Below are positions 28,095 to 41,090 of a stretch of DNA of 64,000 nucleotides, piece by piece. Source of the DNA: Pseudovirgaria hyperparasitica (taxonomy: Eukaryota). Below the pieces are notes generated by a model, which worked only from the letters and a program-made list of their open reading frames with translations, was not told where the DNA came from and searched no databases. The DNA is taken from the NCBI GenBank assembly GCA_010093815.1, contig ML996566.1; one strand, 5' to 3'. A program made the translations under genes and the position numbers. Position 1 is the first letter of the stretch; each line of letters opens with the position of its first letter.

Positions 28095-28902
28095 TCTGGT
28101 GTGTGGGTAAGGTTGTCTGGATGCACATGGGCAAGCTAAGAGCACTCGTCACGATACCCAATTGGAGTTCAAGGTCCTGACGTTGCCTTCGTTGGTCGTT
28201 AGTTCTGTTGCGTGCTGCCAAGTATGAGCGTCGAGGTACTGGTGAAGCCTGAATTCTGAGTAGTGATGGTGATAGTGACGTTGGAGACGAGCACAAACCC
28301 TGAGTCTGGAGCTACGTACCTTAATTACTTAGTACGCGACCCGCCATCCAGATTTTACCTTAGCTGTCCTAGAGCCTAACGCTCTTGGCACTCGTATGCT
28401 TAAGTCCCTCTACCTCTATAGTAGAAGAGTATATATTAAAACATATGTAGATAGGCTCATAGACTGAGGTGCTCATAACTTTTAAGGAGTCTAACTTAAT
28501 TTAGCTTTTGATCAGAGAATCAGTATGTATATGCCTTGTCTTATAAATTATATCTTCAAAATACTCTTTTTTAAGTTTCAAGGAAGGCTCTATCCAGATA
28601 AATTGGAGTGCTAAGATTTTCCCATAAATATATGTGATCTTCTCCCGAAGACTGTTGGGTTAGAATCTAGGCAAGTAACGGATGGATGCAGGTCTGAGCC
28701 TCAAAGGTTCTGTCCCGACTCGTGGAGTATACATGGAGCTAATGAGAGGTTTCGCGTGCTGTATGCATTAGAGTCATGCATCTAATTATTGCAATGCCTT
28801 TGCCTCGAAGACGGTTTTCGTTCAGTTTCTCGCCATTATCACTTAGTGCTATGGACCGACGCATACCCAACTATTGTAGTCGATGGCAGAAACCAAGAAC
28901 GA

Positions 28903-30798
28903 CTATCCATTGTTCCCAACACTTGAAGCGCGTGCCCGTTTCCTTGTCCCATTCGCCTTCTTTCGTTTCACTTTCTCGTTATCTGGATCGAATGGCTTTC
29001 TTCGCCTCACCAATTGATAGCCTCTATCCAGCTCGACTTCTACCGCACATCGGACCTTCAAAGCGCCAACAGCAGGCCACACACTTCTTTCCCCTCTAAG
29101 AATCCAGTATTCGATACTTTCACGACTGGGATTCTCCAATAGCCGGAAGAAATCGCCCGTTGTCAAATCCGGGACGAGTGTCAGGCTTTGACCAGGAACG
29201 CTCTCGTCCAACAGGAAACGCCTTATTCCAAGCGGCAACCAGCCGAGCGAATCGAGCTGGTGTAAGCGGTGCTGTACTTCCATTACCACGAGTCTAAGTA
29301 TTGGCATAGTGAGTCGCCAGCGTCCATCGATGCGAGGGTTTGGATGATGGAGCTCGGATCGTAAGAACGGCGCAAGGTACGGCCGGGCTTGCGAGACAAT
29401 GAAATGGTTCACGTTGAACAGCTCAGCAATACGTCCCAATGGAGACTCCTTCTCTGAGTAGCTTGCATGCGTCCATGGACGGAAAGTCGCTTCTTGTGCG
29501 GACACCCAGGGGACTATAGACCCACTTTCGTCTTTGCACATGAGAGTGACCGGAGAGAAGAGCGCCGAGGCGGACGCGTTTGATGCGAGCGCAGCGGACC
29601 AGATGAGCTGAATATGTCAGGAAAGCTATCAGATATGCGACTGACGATACTTACCACATTAGGCGCAGTGAGATAGTTCAGCAGATTCGGAACGCCGCCC
29701 TCAGTAGTCGAGACGGTAATGTTGAGCACCTTCTTCGTCTTTGCGTACGCCTCCTCAAACGTGAGGTCTCCGACGTTGTCTCGAACACATTGCTCCAGTA
29801 CGCCAACATCAAGGAGGTAGCCTTCCCTGAGGAATCTTTTTAGTCTCCTCGTCAATGTTTGTAACAGTCCAACACTGCTATCATCGCACTCCTTCTCAAA
29901 CCGGCTTGTAAAAGCGGTGAGGTCTATCCCATCTTCAGAAAGAAATCCAAGTAGTTCATCCTCTGTATGTACTCCAACAAGCGCAGCTATCAAAGCGCCT
30001 GTAGCAGTTCCAGCAATGATCCTAGGCAGGAGACCACGTAAATGCAACGCCTTAACAACCCCTAAATGGCACAGACCAAAAATAGCGCCGCCTTGCAAGA
30101 CAAGACATGACCGACCAAAAGCTTGCCTTGTGTCGTGTAGTACATCAAGTTTCGCTTGATTTGTCAAGCCCGTGTCATTGCTCATAGAGGTTGGATACGC
30201 TGTGACATATTCCACCGCAAGAGCAACTTGTGTTATGTAGTCTTCGATCAACAGCTTTGTCCCAGCATAAGCACGATTGAAAAGTCGTGGTGTGGTGATG
30301 TTCCCGAGATTGCGGACAAGCCCAGAACGAAGTAGATTTACGAGGCCAAGGATGTCTTCATCTTCTCTTGATTCGATTATAGCTTGGAGTCGTTCGTATA
30401 TCAAGCGATAATCGTAGAACTTGCTCGTTGGATTCTGACGCCTGCTCAAGGTCAAGACTATTGGACAGTTCCAAAGACGCAGGTACTTACCAAAGATCAT
30501 AGCCTTTTTCTTCGTCCAGTTGGAATGCAGCAGCTTCCCATTCTTCGAAAATGCGAGCATCGGCTATGGTTTCGAGAAGGGTATCCCAAGCCGACTTCCG
30601 TGTCCACCAAGCCCAGATACGCTGTGCAACAAAGGACATAAGGTTAGCATGAGCATATGTGGGCTAGAGGGAGATATGCGAGAGATATGTTGAGCAAATG
30701 AGGAGTACGGTAGCACATACATAGAACCAGAAGGATACTATGTCCCAGCAGAATCCAAATACCGAGCTTGGAGAGCCGAGGACTCGTGATGAAGACAT
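28903..30798 (-). CDS. Patatin-domain triacylglycerol lipase family protein (TGL3-like), ~3 introns
   Basis: LRSGLVRNLGNI, FGRSCLVLQGGAIFGLCHLGVVKAL, LTFEEAY, LLNYLTAPNV, ELFNVNHFIVSQARP. First exon MSSSRVLGSP...FWFY ends at a GTATGT donor. Confidence 0.9.
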
Positions 30799-31138
30799 GA
30801 TGGGACGGACCCTTCAACGTCTCGATAATTATCCATGCGTTCTAGTATTGTTTTCAGGTCCAGTCGCAAATCGATCTGATGCGGGATGGCGACGCTAAGA
30901 CGATTTGCGAAGTATCTCATAGGAAGACGGACATGTAAGCTCACGAAGGTCCGATCCTTTCACATGCTCGAACCAGGGAAGCATCCATGCAGATAAGTGG
31001 AGGTCTAACGTCAGGCCTCTTGGCACCATGATCCGGGGAATGATTCTAGCGATCGTCAATTGCTTCTGACTACAACGTCTTGCAACATGTAATACTATGA
31101 AGAATAGAAGGGGACTGCACTCGGTGCCTAATAAGAAG

Positions 31139-31816
31139 ATGCCCACAATCTTTTCCGTTCTCCCAATCTTTCTCTTCCAAGCTTTCACCACATCCGCCGC
31201 ACCAGACGATTCCATCGCCATCGCCGTCACCACAAACCCCCAAACCCCAACCTCCCTCCCATCCTACTGCACAACCGCGCCATCCAGCGTCTACATACCC
31301 ACCTACACCCTCTCCGGCGACGACGACACATCCACACCCCCTCTTCCATGCAACAAAGCCACATACGCAACCCAAGAAGGCTACTGCTGCAGCAACGGCA
31401 TCGCGTGCGCCAACGGTGAATGCACCTGTCCCAACGGCACCCTGATCTACTCCCTCCCGCTCGAGCCATGCGTGACACTGAACCCGTACTACTCGGGCTG
31501 TCCGGGGAATATATTGCGCGATCTGTGTTGTTCTGGGCCGGGGGTGTTTGCGTATGCGGAGGAGTATGGTGGGAGCATGACGACGCCGCAGTGCTGGCAC
31601 GGTGCGACGCAGGTATGGACGCGGACTACGATGCCGGGTGGTGAGGTGGTGACGAGCACTTTGCCGCCCGGGATAAGCTATACGGAGACTCGGTGCTTCA
31701 CTTGTCCGTTGTATACTAGGAGCTCGACAGGAGCTGCGGCTATGCCTACTGGTCGTGTGAAGGGAGATGATTTTGTAGTTAAGATCATGGCCGTTATAAT
31801 ACTTATTACGTTATAA
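31139..31816 (+). CDS. Small secreted Cys-rich protein, possibly GPI-anchored
   Basis: Signal peptide-like MPTIFSVLPIFLFQAFTTSA, 14 Cys including two CC pairs, Thr-rich segment, SSTGAAA then hydrophobic C-terminus IMAVIILITL. Confidence 0.75.
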   Translation: MPTIFSVLPIFLFQAFTTSAAPDDSIAIAVTTNPQTPTSLPSYCTTAPSSVYIPTYTLSGDDDTSTPPLPCNKATYATQEGYCCSNGIACANGECTCPNGTLIYSLPLEPCVTLNPYYSGCPGNILRDLCCSGPGVFAYAEEYGGSMTTPQCWHGATQVWTRTTMPGGEVVTSTLPPGISYTETRCFTCPLYTRSSTGAAAMPTGRVKGDDFVVKIMAVIILITL

Positions 31817-32215
31817 TTAAACGTCTTACAGCTTGACAGGGAGAACTCAAACTCGGCAGAGGAACTCACAAGACTTTGGTATCTGCGAATGGTCAGCGCA
31901 TTGATACACATGCCGATCTCTCCGTGCCTGTGGAGCGACCATTTCCAGTAATCACGGCAGGTTGCTCATTCTGAGTCATTCATGAGTATGCAGCGCCGAT
32001 AAGTAAGACGAGTATGTCGACCCAACGCCCCTGGGTTCGCATATATTCGTCAGTAATTCGCAGATAATGGGTTCACGACCGTCATTACTGTTTACTTCTA
32101 TAACTACATCTAGGTTCATGTGCGCTACATGCTACCAGATCATACATGGTGCTGGACATGAGCAAACCGCCTCCGGATGATCGCCCTGAGCCAGATGATG
32201 TTACTCCTGATCGAC

Positions 32216-34956
32216 TTAAGCACTTTTGAACGCCGTGACATTCGGCCATTTTTCGCGCGCTACGTCAACGAAGCTCTTCCTGACTGCTTGTTCACTATTC
32301 CATTCTTTCAAAACGGAAATTCCCTTTACAACGTCGTCTACTGTGGCTGATGGTAGCTTAATTGATTCCATAAGGTCCTTTTCGTTCTGAGGTAAGGTTT
32401 TTAAATCTAGAAATTGGCGGGTTTTGAGGCCGTGTCGTATGTGAGAGACGCTCTGTTTGTTTTCGTTAAGGTACGAGTCGTTGTGAGCAGCTAGCGATGC
32501 CTGTGCAGGAACGAGCGTAAAACTTGACTTGATGACCTCGGCGACTGGTATGGCTAGAGGTTCGGACAGAGCGTCCACTGTGAAGAGTGTCAGCAAAATA
32601 TTGGAAATTACATGTAGTACTTACGAGTGTATCGAAGTCGGATAGCTTGCTCATGGACCACTGGGCTCTCTGGGTCTAGTGCAGCAGCAGCCAGAAGGCA
32701 TTTGAGAGCAAGGAGGTATTTTCCTGCGGTAATCAGTCGCGTCCCACATCTATTGAGCCTTGCTACTTACTCCTTCGGATGAAGACCTCAAAACCTAAGT
32801 TCTGGCCCTCAACACTTTTCGGACTGAACTCGAGTACGGGGGCCAAGAATTTCATGGCATCCTCGAGAGGAGTTTTCGTTGCGAGCAGTACTTTACCCTC
32901 TGGATCGGGGTCTTCCTTCTTCGACTCGCCATCTGCACCAGTCGACTTCTTACCACTCTTCCTCTCGGCCTCCTTCTTTTCAGCCTCGGCTTTCTCGCGA
33001 GCTTCTTTCTCTTTCTTGGCCTTTCTGTTCGCCTTCTTTTCAACAGCGGTATCCTCTCCATTGACTTGTCCGGATGACAACTTGGGGTTGTCAGCAAGGT
33101 TGAGGTAGATCTTGACAGCAGACAGAGCCATGCGGGTGAACATAGGGTGACTTCGAAGATTGTCTTCCCATCTTATCATATCGACATAGGCACGTATTTG
33201 TCCTTTTCGTAACGAGAAAGTATGGAAGTCATATTGGTCGTCGGACCAGACGTCAAAGATGTCGTACAAAGACTTGTATCTCTTCAAGGCAAGATTGAGA
33301 ATGCCTCGTCTTTGGAAGGATTCTGCGTCTTCCGTGAGGAACCACATACATTGCATGTCGTGCAAATCTCCAAGGGGCCCTCCTGCAGTCTCGTTCCTAG
33401 TAAATTTGCTCATGGTTTCTATAGCGCTGTCATTCTCATTATTGCGCAATTGATATTTCGCACACTTCGTGTTGATATATCGATCTCTGAGGTCCTGCTC
33501 TCGAGCATGGTTCATTTGTCGTGAAGCAGCTTCCGTATCTCCAGTGTGCTTTATAATTCTAGCCTTCGTCCGATTCAGGTCCACAGATGTAGGTGTAAGC
33601 GTCAAGGCTTTCTCTATGTACTCCGTCGCCTTATTCAAATCACGGCTGAGATGATAGTCGTAGTGCTGTGCAAGAAAGTACAGGACCGCTTTTTGGAATC
33701 CTGAGGCGGATTCGCCGTTGGTCTCTGCATCTCCTGATCCGTTCGTCTCCTTTTCAGCAGCGTATTTTGTTATGAGTTGTTGGATGGTAGCCTGCTTCGC
33801 AGGATCAGCATAGAGTGCCTTCACATTCGTGAACGTTGAAGGCACCCCTTTCTCAAGCATGCGGCGCAAGTAGGCATCAACGGCAGCTTCGAAATCCTCT
33901 CCTATGAAGGTGCGGTCAGCTATATTAAACACACTCGAAGTGGAAATTCCAAACCTTGTAGAAAGTCCAATGGTATTCGTCTAGCCGCATCTAACCTCTC
34001 ACTTTCTTGTGCGAATGACTCGTACAGTGCCTTCAGTTGTTTCTTATGTTCAGCATTGCTGCGATCCAGATCTAATGACTTTTCAAGACCCTCATAATAA
34101 TTTCTGTATTCATTATTACGTTTGATCAGAGCCCGGTACGCTATCTGTGCTTCTTCCTTGCGCCCTAGTTGTAGTAGATACTGTGCACGAAGCTCCATAA
34201 CTGACGTGCGGTCCAGATTGTCTTTTCGAATCGTGTCCAAATGCTCCAAAGCTCGCTCGACATCGCCAGCTTCGGCAATGATTGAGTTCTTGTACAGTAC
34301 AGCCTCGGAGTGCTCGATATCGGTCTTTGTAGGTGGGCTTTTCAGGGTGTCTTCATACATAGTCAGGACTTTCTCGGCTTCTGCTAAGTCTCCTTTCAAA
34401 TGATGCGCAAGCGCCAATGCGGTCCAATTCTGCCTGATTGAAGCCCTCTGCTTGAGCATCTCGGTTCTGCTCTGGATATACCCTTGGTAGTCTCTGATCT
34501 GAACCTGCAATTGGCTCATATCGCGCATGATGTTGGGGTTTCCCGGATCCAGACTGTGTGCAAACTTGAAGGCCTTCAGAGCCTCCTCATAGTTCTTTGA
34601 GTGTTTATGTAGCAATCCGTACACATGCCAACATATATGGGACTTCATTCCTCTTATTTCCGACTTTGGATCGAGCTTTGAAGCCAAAGCTTTTTTAGCG
34701 AGCGCGAATGCTTCATCTGGCTTTCCTTGGGAGTTGATTATGAGAGATTTCATCGCGAGGGTATCCGCATGATCAGGGACTTTGCGCAGAATCTGATCTG
34801 CGGCTTTGATGCCTGTGAGGACTGTTAGAACTGCTGCTTTATTCTGGAGTGTATATAACCTTTTTTGTACTGTTTGGCCTCATAGTTCTTGACAACCTGT
34901 CGGAACAGTGACGATTCTTTTGGAGGTAGCTGGGGTAATTGTTGCGATTGAGACAT
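32216..34956 (-). CDS. NAT1: N-terminal acetyltransferase A auxiliary subunit (TPR), ~4 introns
   Basis: LPPKESSLFRQVVKNYEAKQYKKG, SHICWHVYGL, DLRDRYINTKCAKYQLR, DQYDFHTFSLRKGQIRAYVDMIRWED, Lys/Glu-rich helix then DPDPEG. Confidence 0.95.
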
Positions 34957-35489
34957 TGCCGCAGATATATATCCGGCGGGGCTGGTGTGATAGATGGCTT
35001 AGAGGAGCTGGGAAGCGGGCGTAGGTTTTAGGTCGTGATTTGCCAGAGGCACTTAGCGAGTCGACAACATAACAGTAGGTCAGAATGGAGGAAGAGAGAT
35101 TGAGAGCAGGTCTTAAGAGAATCAGAACTATCTTTAAGACTCGTATAGTTTTTGACTCCAAGTTGTGCTTGAAGCTCTTATTTTGAAGTTGTGTCCCACC
35201 GAAGATTCTCCGCGCAGCTTCATCATGTTCGATTGTCGTAGGTTTGCCATGAGAAGTTTTAACTATATTTACTGATTCGTCCCATCTTTGATTCTACAAC
35301 GGCCTGGGGTCATCTTATAACCATTATCTACAGAGTTGCAGATCTTAATATATGTGTATATTTGTGCATTTCTACATTCCTCATAGGAACTTAATGACTT
35401 CTGTATGAACAATAGCAAACAATCCCTGGTATCATGCTATGTGGCTAAATATATGGCTAACTTTCAACATCGTTTTTGGAATTGATCGT

Positions 35490-37617
35490 CTACCAACCTT
35501 CTCTTGATAGGCGCAATGAAAGCCGAATGCTCTCTATAGCATCTAAAATCCTCTGGTCTTCGCTATTACGCTTCTCTTCTTTCTCAATCCTCCCAACAAA
35601 AGGTCTTTCTATAGGCGGGCAAATCGTACCTGTCTTAGGAGTAGCTCCGGTCTGGAAGTAGTTTCGCACGGCTTTTGCTGTGCAGATCGATGGTGAAGCA
35701 ATCGTCGTGTGACCTTCACAGTCCTGCTGGAGCAGGACAGCGTCCTTATATTGCTTTGACATGCGTGCCGCGTTTGCAAGTGGTGTCACCGGGTCGAGGG
35801 TATTTCCAATGAAGAGCAAGGGATGCGCAGTGTTACCAGTAAAAGGTCCATCAAACCTCCACTTTGCCTTTGCCTTCCATCCGACACAGCCCAATCGCTC
35901 ATGGCTCCACCAGTACCCCAGCACAGAGCTCTGGTTTGCTAGTGCTTCCATGTACTCGGAGAAGGCGCTGATGTCCAGCTGTCCTAACCCCGGACTATCG
36001 GTACACATAATCGCAGAACTAGCATCGCCACCATTCTGCCGATTGCAGGGAGGTGAGTAAGGACCTGCGAGCTTGCATTCTTTTGTCGGGCATGACTGGG
36101 CTGTTTCGGATTGCTTCCAGTCTGCGAAAGCTGACCCATTACCCTTAGCTAGAGCTCCAAAGACATCCGCTACAAATTTGGATTCAGCCAAGGGCTGATA
36201 TATGGCCATTCGCATGAAGGATATCATGTCGCTCCAAGTAATGACATCGGGGCCGCGAGTCAAGGACGCAGGCACAGGTAGCGGATCAAACCAGATGTCA
36301 CGTAGCAGTCTGTCGTATGATGCCATGATCGCGTCGGAGCCTCCTTCGACGTACATTGGACAATCCTCAGGACCGGCCTCAGCACAATGCTCGAAGAGCT
36401 TCCATAAGATCTTGTCGGTGTCCGGGAGGTTTGTGAACCAAGGGCCATGATGATAGTCCTATCATCATTGGTCAGTCAAGTCGTACATGCTAGCAGCCAG
36501 AACTTACATTTGGATCAACAACACCATCCACAGCGATGCGTGCAACGCGATCTGGATACATCGCTGCAAAGGTCTGACCAATAATGGTGCCGTATGAGAA
36601 ACCCCAATATTGAAGCTTTACGGGTTCTTGTCTTCGCTGTAGTTCTTTCGGCTCGTGTGGTTCTTTGAGCTGCTTGTGAACCCAATCTTGGTGCTTTTCA
36701 GCAATTTCTAGCATGTCTCTGATGACGGGGGTTGTGTTCACGTGCTCGCCAACATAGTTAGCTCCCTCTTCAACTGGAATCATTGCCACAGAGCATCCCT
36801 CGCCCCTAGCCTTCGACCGATACCAGTGCTTAGTCAAGGCCGTCTCTGAGCTCCCGAGAAGCCCAATGGCATCCTTTCCAAGTTGCCAATTCATTCGTGA
36901 ATTGGCGTCTGGAAAGCACGATATTGATGGCGTGGTCAATCCAATGCCCCGTGGATCAAAGCTAATGATGTCAAAGTACTTGCCAATCTTTAGATTTGGA
37001 TCATCACTAGGTCCACCTAGATCCCCCTCTGGATTCACGATAGTCTGGAGTCCACTGCCCGCGGCAAGCACCATGCCTACTCCTGAGCCACCAGGGCCCC
37101 CGGGATTGACAAACACAGGACCGCCATACCGAGCATCTGTGACGGGAACGGGAGCAGGCAGACGAATGACAGCAATCTGCATCTTGCTGCCTTTGCCATC
37201 TGTGCAATTCCAGTCCATGGGGACCTCTAAACGAGCACATTGATATGTGCTGTTATAGCAATCGTGATATTCTAGATGAGTACTAGGTGTTATCTGTAAA
37301 CCATATCAGCGCAGCCCCAAAGACACCTGAAATAACAGAAAGTCGAGGACGATTCCACATACACCACTCCATCTGACAGCTGCTTCCTCCGCTTTCTCTG
37401 CTTCCTCCACAGCGGCGTCTCCCCCCACACTTACACCCAAAACCCTCCTCCCATCCCAGAAATGCCACCCAAAGAGCAGAAACACAAAACCAAGCATCAG
37501 ATAAATCGTGCTAGACGGCTTCCGTTGCTTCTTCGCCAGCAGCGCATCTGGCGTGATATATTCTTTCCCATTATCAAGCCCAGCGAGCCCAACCTTACTG
37601 TCACTGCTCCACTGCAT
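35490..37617 (-). CDS. TAP-like alpha/beta hydrolase (peptidase S33 family) with N-terminal membrane anchor, 2 introns
   Basis: VNPGGPGGSG, FDPRGIG, nucleophile YWGFSYGT, DGVVD, GNTLDPVTP, catalytic EGHT. Confidence 0.9.
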
Positions 37618-38154
37618 ATTGGATGAGATCCCCAATCCTGCAAATTTCCACGCGACGGGTATCGCGCCGTCCCTAATAGCTCCGAAGGTCCCACTCTCTT
37701 TCGGTATTAAAATCAGGCTCAAATCCCAGCGAAGCAACGTGAACAACGAGCGAGTAACAATGAACCAGCAAAACCCCTCCCCCGACTGCAAGCAAAGAGC
37801 GCAGCGCAGGCTATGCAAATCACGGCCAAAAACAGAACGTGTAGATAGTGGCTAGAATCTGACAATACTTGCGGCACAATCAAAACAGAATCCCCAAAGG
37901 TGAGTTGACGATCCTGCACTGCACTGAGTGCAGCTGCAGATGGATGAACCTGGACGATGGAAGCTTGCCCAGCTGCCGACATGAAGATACCTGGCGCATC
38001 CTGGCTTTTTATCTTACGGATGGACCGCTGGCATGGTTTGGAGGGGGGCCTTTCCGCTCCCGCTTCCGGGGGGTGACATCGCATTGCCAGCCAGCCACCC
38101 GCACGGGGTGATTATGCAGACCGGCGGCGGCGCATTGGACGTGCGTCTGGCGAG

Positions 38155-38182
38155 CCAATCATAACATTCGGGTTTATCAGAT
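38155..38182. promoter_or_regulatory. Possible composite iron-responsive element: CBC/HapX-type CCAAT-N12-GTT overlapping SreA-type ATCTGATAA (reverse strand)
   Basis: CCAAT 38155-38159, 12 nt, GTT 38172-38174; TTATCAGAT 38174-38182 is the reverse complement of ATCWGATAA. Confidence 0.35.
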
Positions 38183-38509
38183 CCGACGATCGTGTGTGCT
38201 AATAGTCGGTCTGTTGCAGACGGGCGAGCAGATGTACGGTGCAGATAGTTGGTGGATGAGCGGTGGACAGCTTTTGTTGGACTTGTGCTGCTGTTGGCGC
38301 GGTGCTAATTATGTGCGGCCGAGTGTGTTTGGTAAGTGGGGTCTTGGGTTTACGGCTGGATCCATGATGCTTGAATATTTTTTTTCTTGCGCTGGATGGT
38401 CTGGAAGCGTATGACAGCACTGAGTTGACGTTTTGAGTAGTGTTTATAGTGATCATCATTTGGGAGGCTATGCTATTTTTATGCTATGCTAATGCGCTCA
38501 TATCTCTCT

Positions 38510-40601
38510 CTACACATCATTGCGTTCTTCATCCGGCTTTGATTCAGGCGTCTTGGCAGCAACTTCATCAGGAGCCAGTGTTTGTTCGTCCCTATAGTCC
38601 TGTCAATTTGAGCAGAGCGAATTGCCAGCGAAACCTACTTTAACTTGTGATCCTTCATCAGCAACGTCAAAAGCACAGTCGGCGCTGAGCACCCCAGCGC
38701 CGCCAGCGTTATACTCCGTATCACATCAGAATACTATTCTCATCAGTCCATCATCCCCTCCTATCAGGTCTTTCTTTGACTCACCGCAGCATTCACTGCC
38801 GCTCTCTCCACGGTCCCCCATGCCGGCAACAATGCAGTTGTGATACTCTCAAAGACCGCCCTCACTGTCTCCTCACTCGCCCCCGTGCCCAGATGCGTCC
38901 TCAACCTACTTTCAAAGGTACTCGTATATATGCCGCCCGCAATCGCACTCCCGACACCCCCGCCTAGGAACGAACAGAGGAGAATGACGGCTGTGATTTG
39001 TGCCAGCTCGGCATGCGGGACCATGATTTGCGCCGCAGTGATGCACACGATCTGAATCACACCACTGCCGATACCTTGCACGCACTGCACAAGCCACACT
39101 TCTGCATCGGAGTTGCTGGATCCCCGGAGGCGTACCATGAGGCCGTATCCTGGAGGGACTGATTAGTCGTAGGCTGAGTAAAGGCAGTGGGCGAGTTCAG
39201 AGGCACACGAACCGATTAGACGAATTACAGTGGAGGAAAACAACAGCCATTTGAACCGCCTTGTACGTGCAATGACGAGGCCGGCGATAAGGGCGATGAA
39301 CACCTGGACCGTGCCGTTCTGTGAGCGTAAGCTTGTTGGTGGTCTACGTCTCCTGTGGAAGCAAACTTACCAAGTAGAGGAAGTACGTCGAAGTGGTGAT
39401 TTTGTAACCTCGTGATATGGTCGCCCAGGAGTATAGATAAACATGAGTACACTGAAATGCTAGCGTGTCCAGGAATATGGTCGCTGCCGCGATTACGATG
39501 GTTGCGTTTCTGAGATACCTCGGCGGCAAGACGGGATGCGTGGCGACGTAATGCTCATACAGCATCAGTCCGACTAGTAGTATTGCCCCAACAGCCATCA
39601 GCGCCGGGATCCAGGGCGTGCCCCAATTATCCGGACTCGTGCTCGTGAGAGAGATTGGCAGAAAGAGCAATGCAAAGCCGACGCAAAGCAACAGCAAACC
39701 ACCTGCATCAATCAGGCTGAAGAACTTCATGAATCCAATCTTCTGTGTCAAGACGACCTCAGACTTGCGAGCCCGTGTCTGGTAGACGAACAAACTGATG
39801 ACCAGCAAACTTGCTGCTGCAGGCATTAAGAAGCCGTACATGCCAATGCCCCAGCGCCAGCCGATAGCATGGACGACGGAGTCGCAAATCAGGCCAGCGA
39901 CGAAAGGGATGACAAGAAAGGGGAAGAAAGAGATGGAGAGGGCGAAAGACCGCCACCGCGTGCTCGAAAGGTCAGAGAGGACGATGTCATTGAGGACGTT
40001 GGTGCCTGTCTGGCCGATTGCGTAGAAGATGATGCCTTCGAGTATGTCAGAACAAGAATATCGAAACACAATACGATGAGGTTACCTCCAGCATATGTGC
40101 CAAAGTTTCGAGATGCAGAACAAAGGATGTAGCCCAGGATGTAGCAGCTGATGGTGATACAATACGTCTGCGCTCGACCAATTACATCTGATATCTTCGC
40201 TACGGGAGGCTTCGCCACAGCAGCAACTATGACCCCTGCTGTACTCAGAGTGGCCTTTTGTGATAATGCATTGAACTCGCTAGGTGCGTAGTTCTGGTAC
40301 ACATAAACAGTCGTGTTGTCAAGTTCACTTATGCCAATGATCAGTTCGCGCCCAGCTAGAACTCAGATATCGCTACCACTTACTACATAATCATTATCAA
40401 AGCAATGCTAACCTTTGAGTCAGTGAATGATGAGAAGATCAGAGTGTCAACTTGCCCTAGCCATATCACATATTTACCCTTCTTCTCCAGGAGAAGCTTC
40501 GCAGCTTTAGCCTGAGCAACCCCAGCTGGAACATTGCCAGTAGCTGAAGATGGCCTCCGTAACTTGTCCATATCCTTGACACCGATGCTTGCTTTGGCCA
40601 T
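38510..40601 (-). CDS. MFS transporter, siderophore-iron transporter (SIT/ARN/MirB-like) family, multi-intron
   Basis: ELDNTTVYVYQNYA, AVAKPPVAKISDVIGR, GWRWGIGM, GIGSGVIQ, GVGSAIAGGIYT. Last exon reconstructed as ...DEEERNDV-type tail ending at TAG 38510. Confidence 0.85.
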
Positions 40602-41090
40602 TGTCTTCGGATTGTTGCTGTTTGTGATTGCTGAATCGTTACTTTCAAGATACATGATGACAACTATAGTTTCACGCGATCTTTGATCAGACCACCAAAA
40701 TGGATAGCCGCTAATACACTGTCCTACGATTAAGCTCTGACGCACAGATAATATTGGTCTTCGCAGAGAACAAGATCTAGGTGGTAGCTTCGGCGACCAT
40801 AATTTCAACAAGTCAATTCCTAGATTCAACCCACAGAACAAGGGACAGGATGGTCTAAAATATTATGAACCTTATTAGAGCTGTTGGACCAGCCCCCGCA
40901 CCCTAAGCCAAAAGATGCGCATCCACAGCTTGTACTTGGGTGGCACTAGCTGGGTTTTCACTCTATTTCAGACCGTCATCGTCTCAGGTGACATGACGTT
41001 CCGATAAGCATGGTCAGGGATCCCGACCATCTGGCCTTTTCTATATGAAAGAGTCAACGCTGGCTGCAGACAATTCCTTCGAACTCGACC

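Noticed and set aside
23383..34956. DDHD lipase, TGL3-like and NAT1 genes as cluster or resistance members
   Set aside because: They look like ordinary conserved genes 13-35 kb from the cluster core, separated from it by TE relics, with no evidence of duplication
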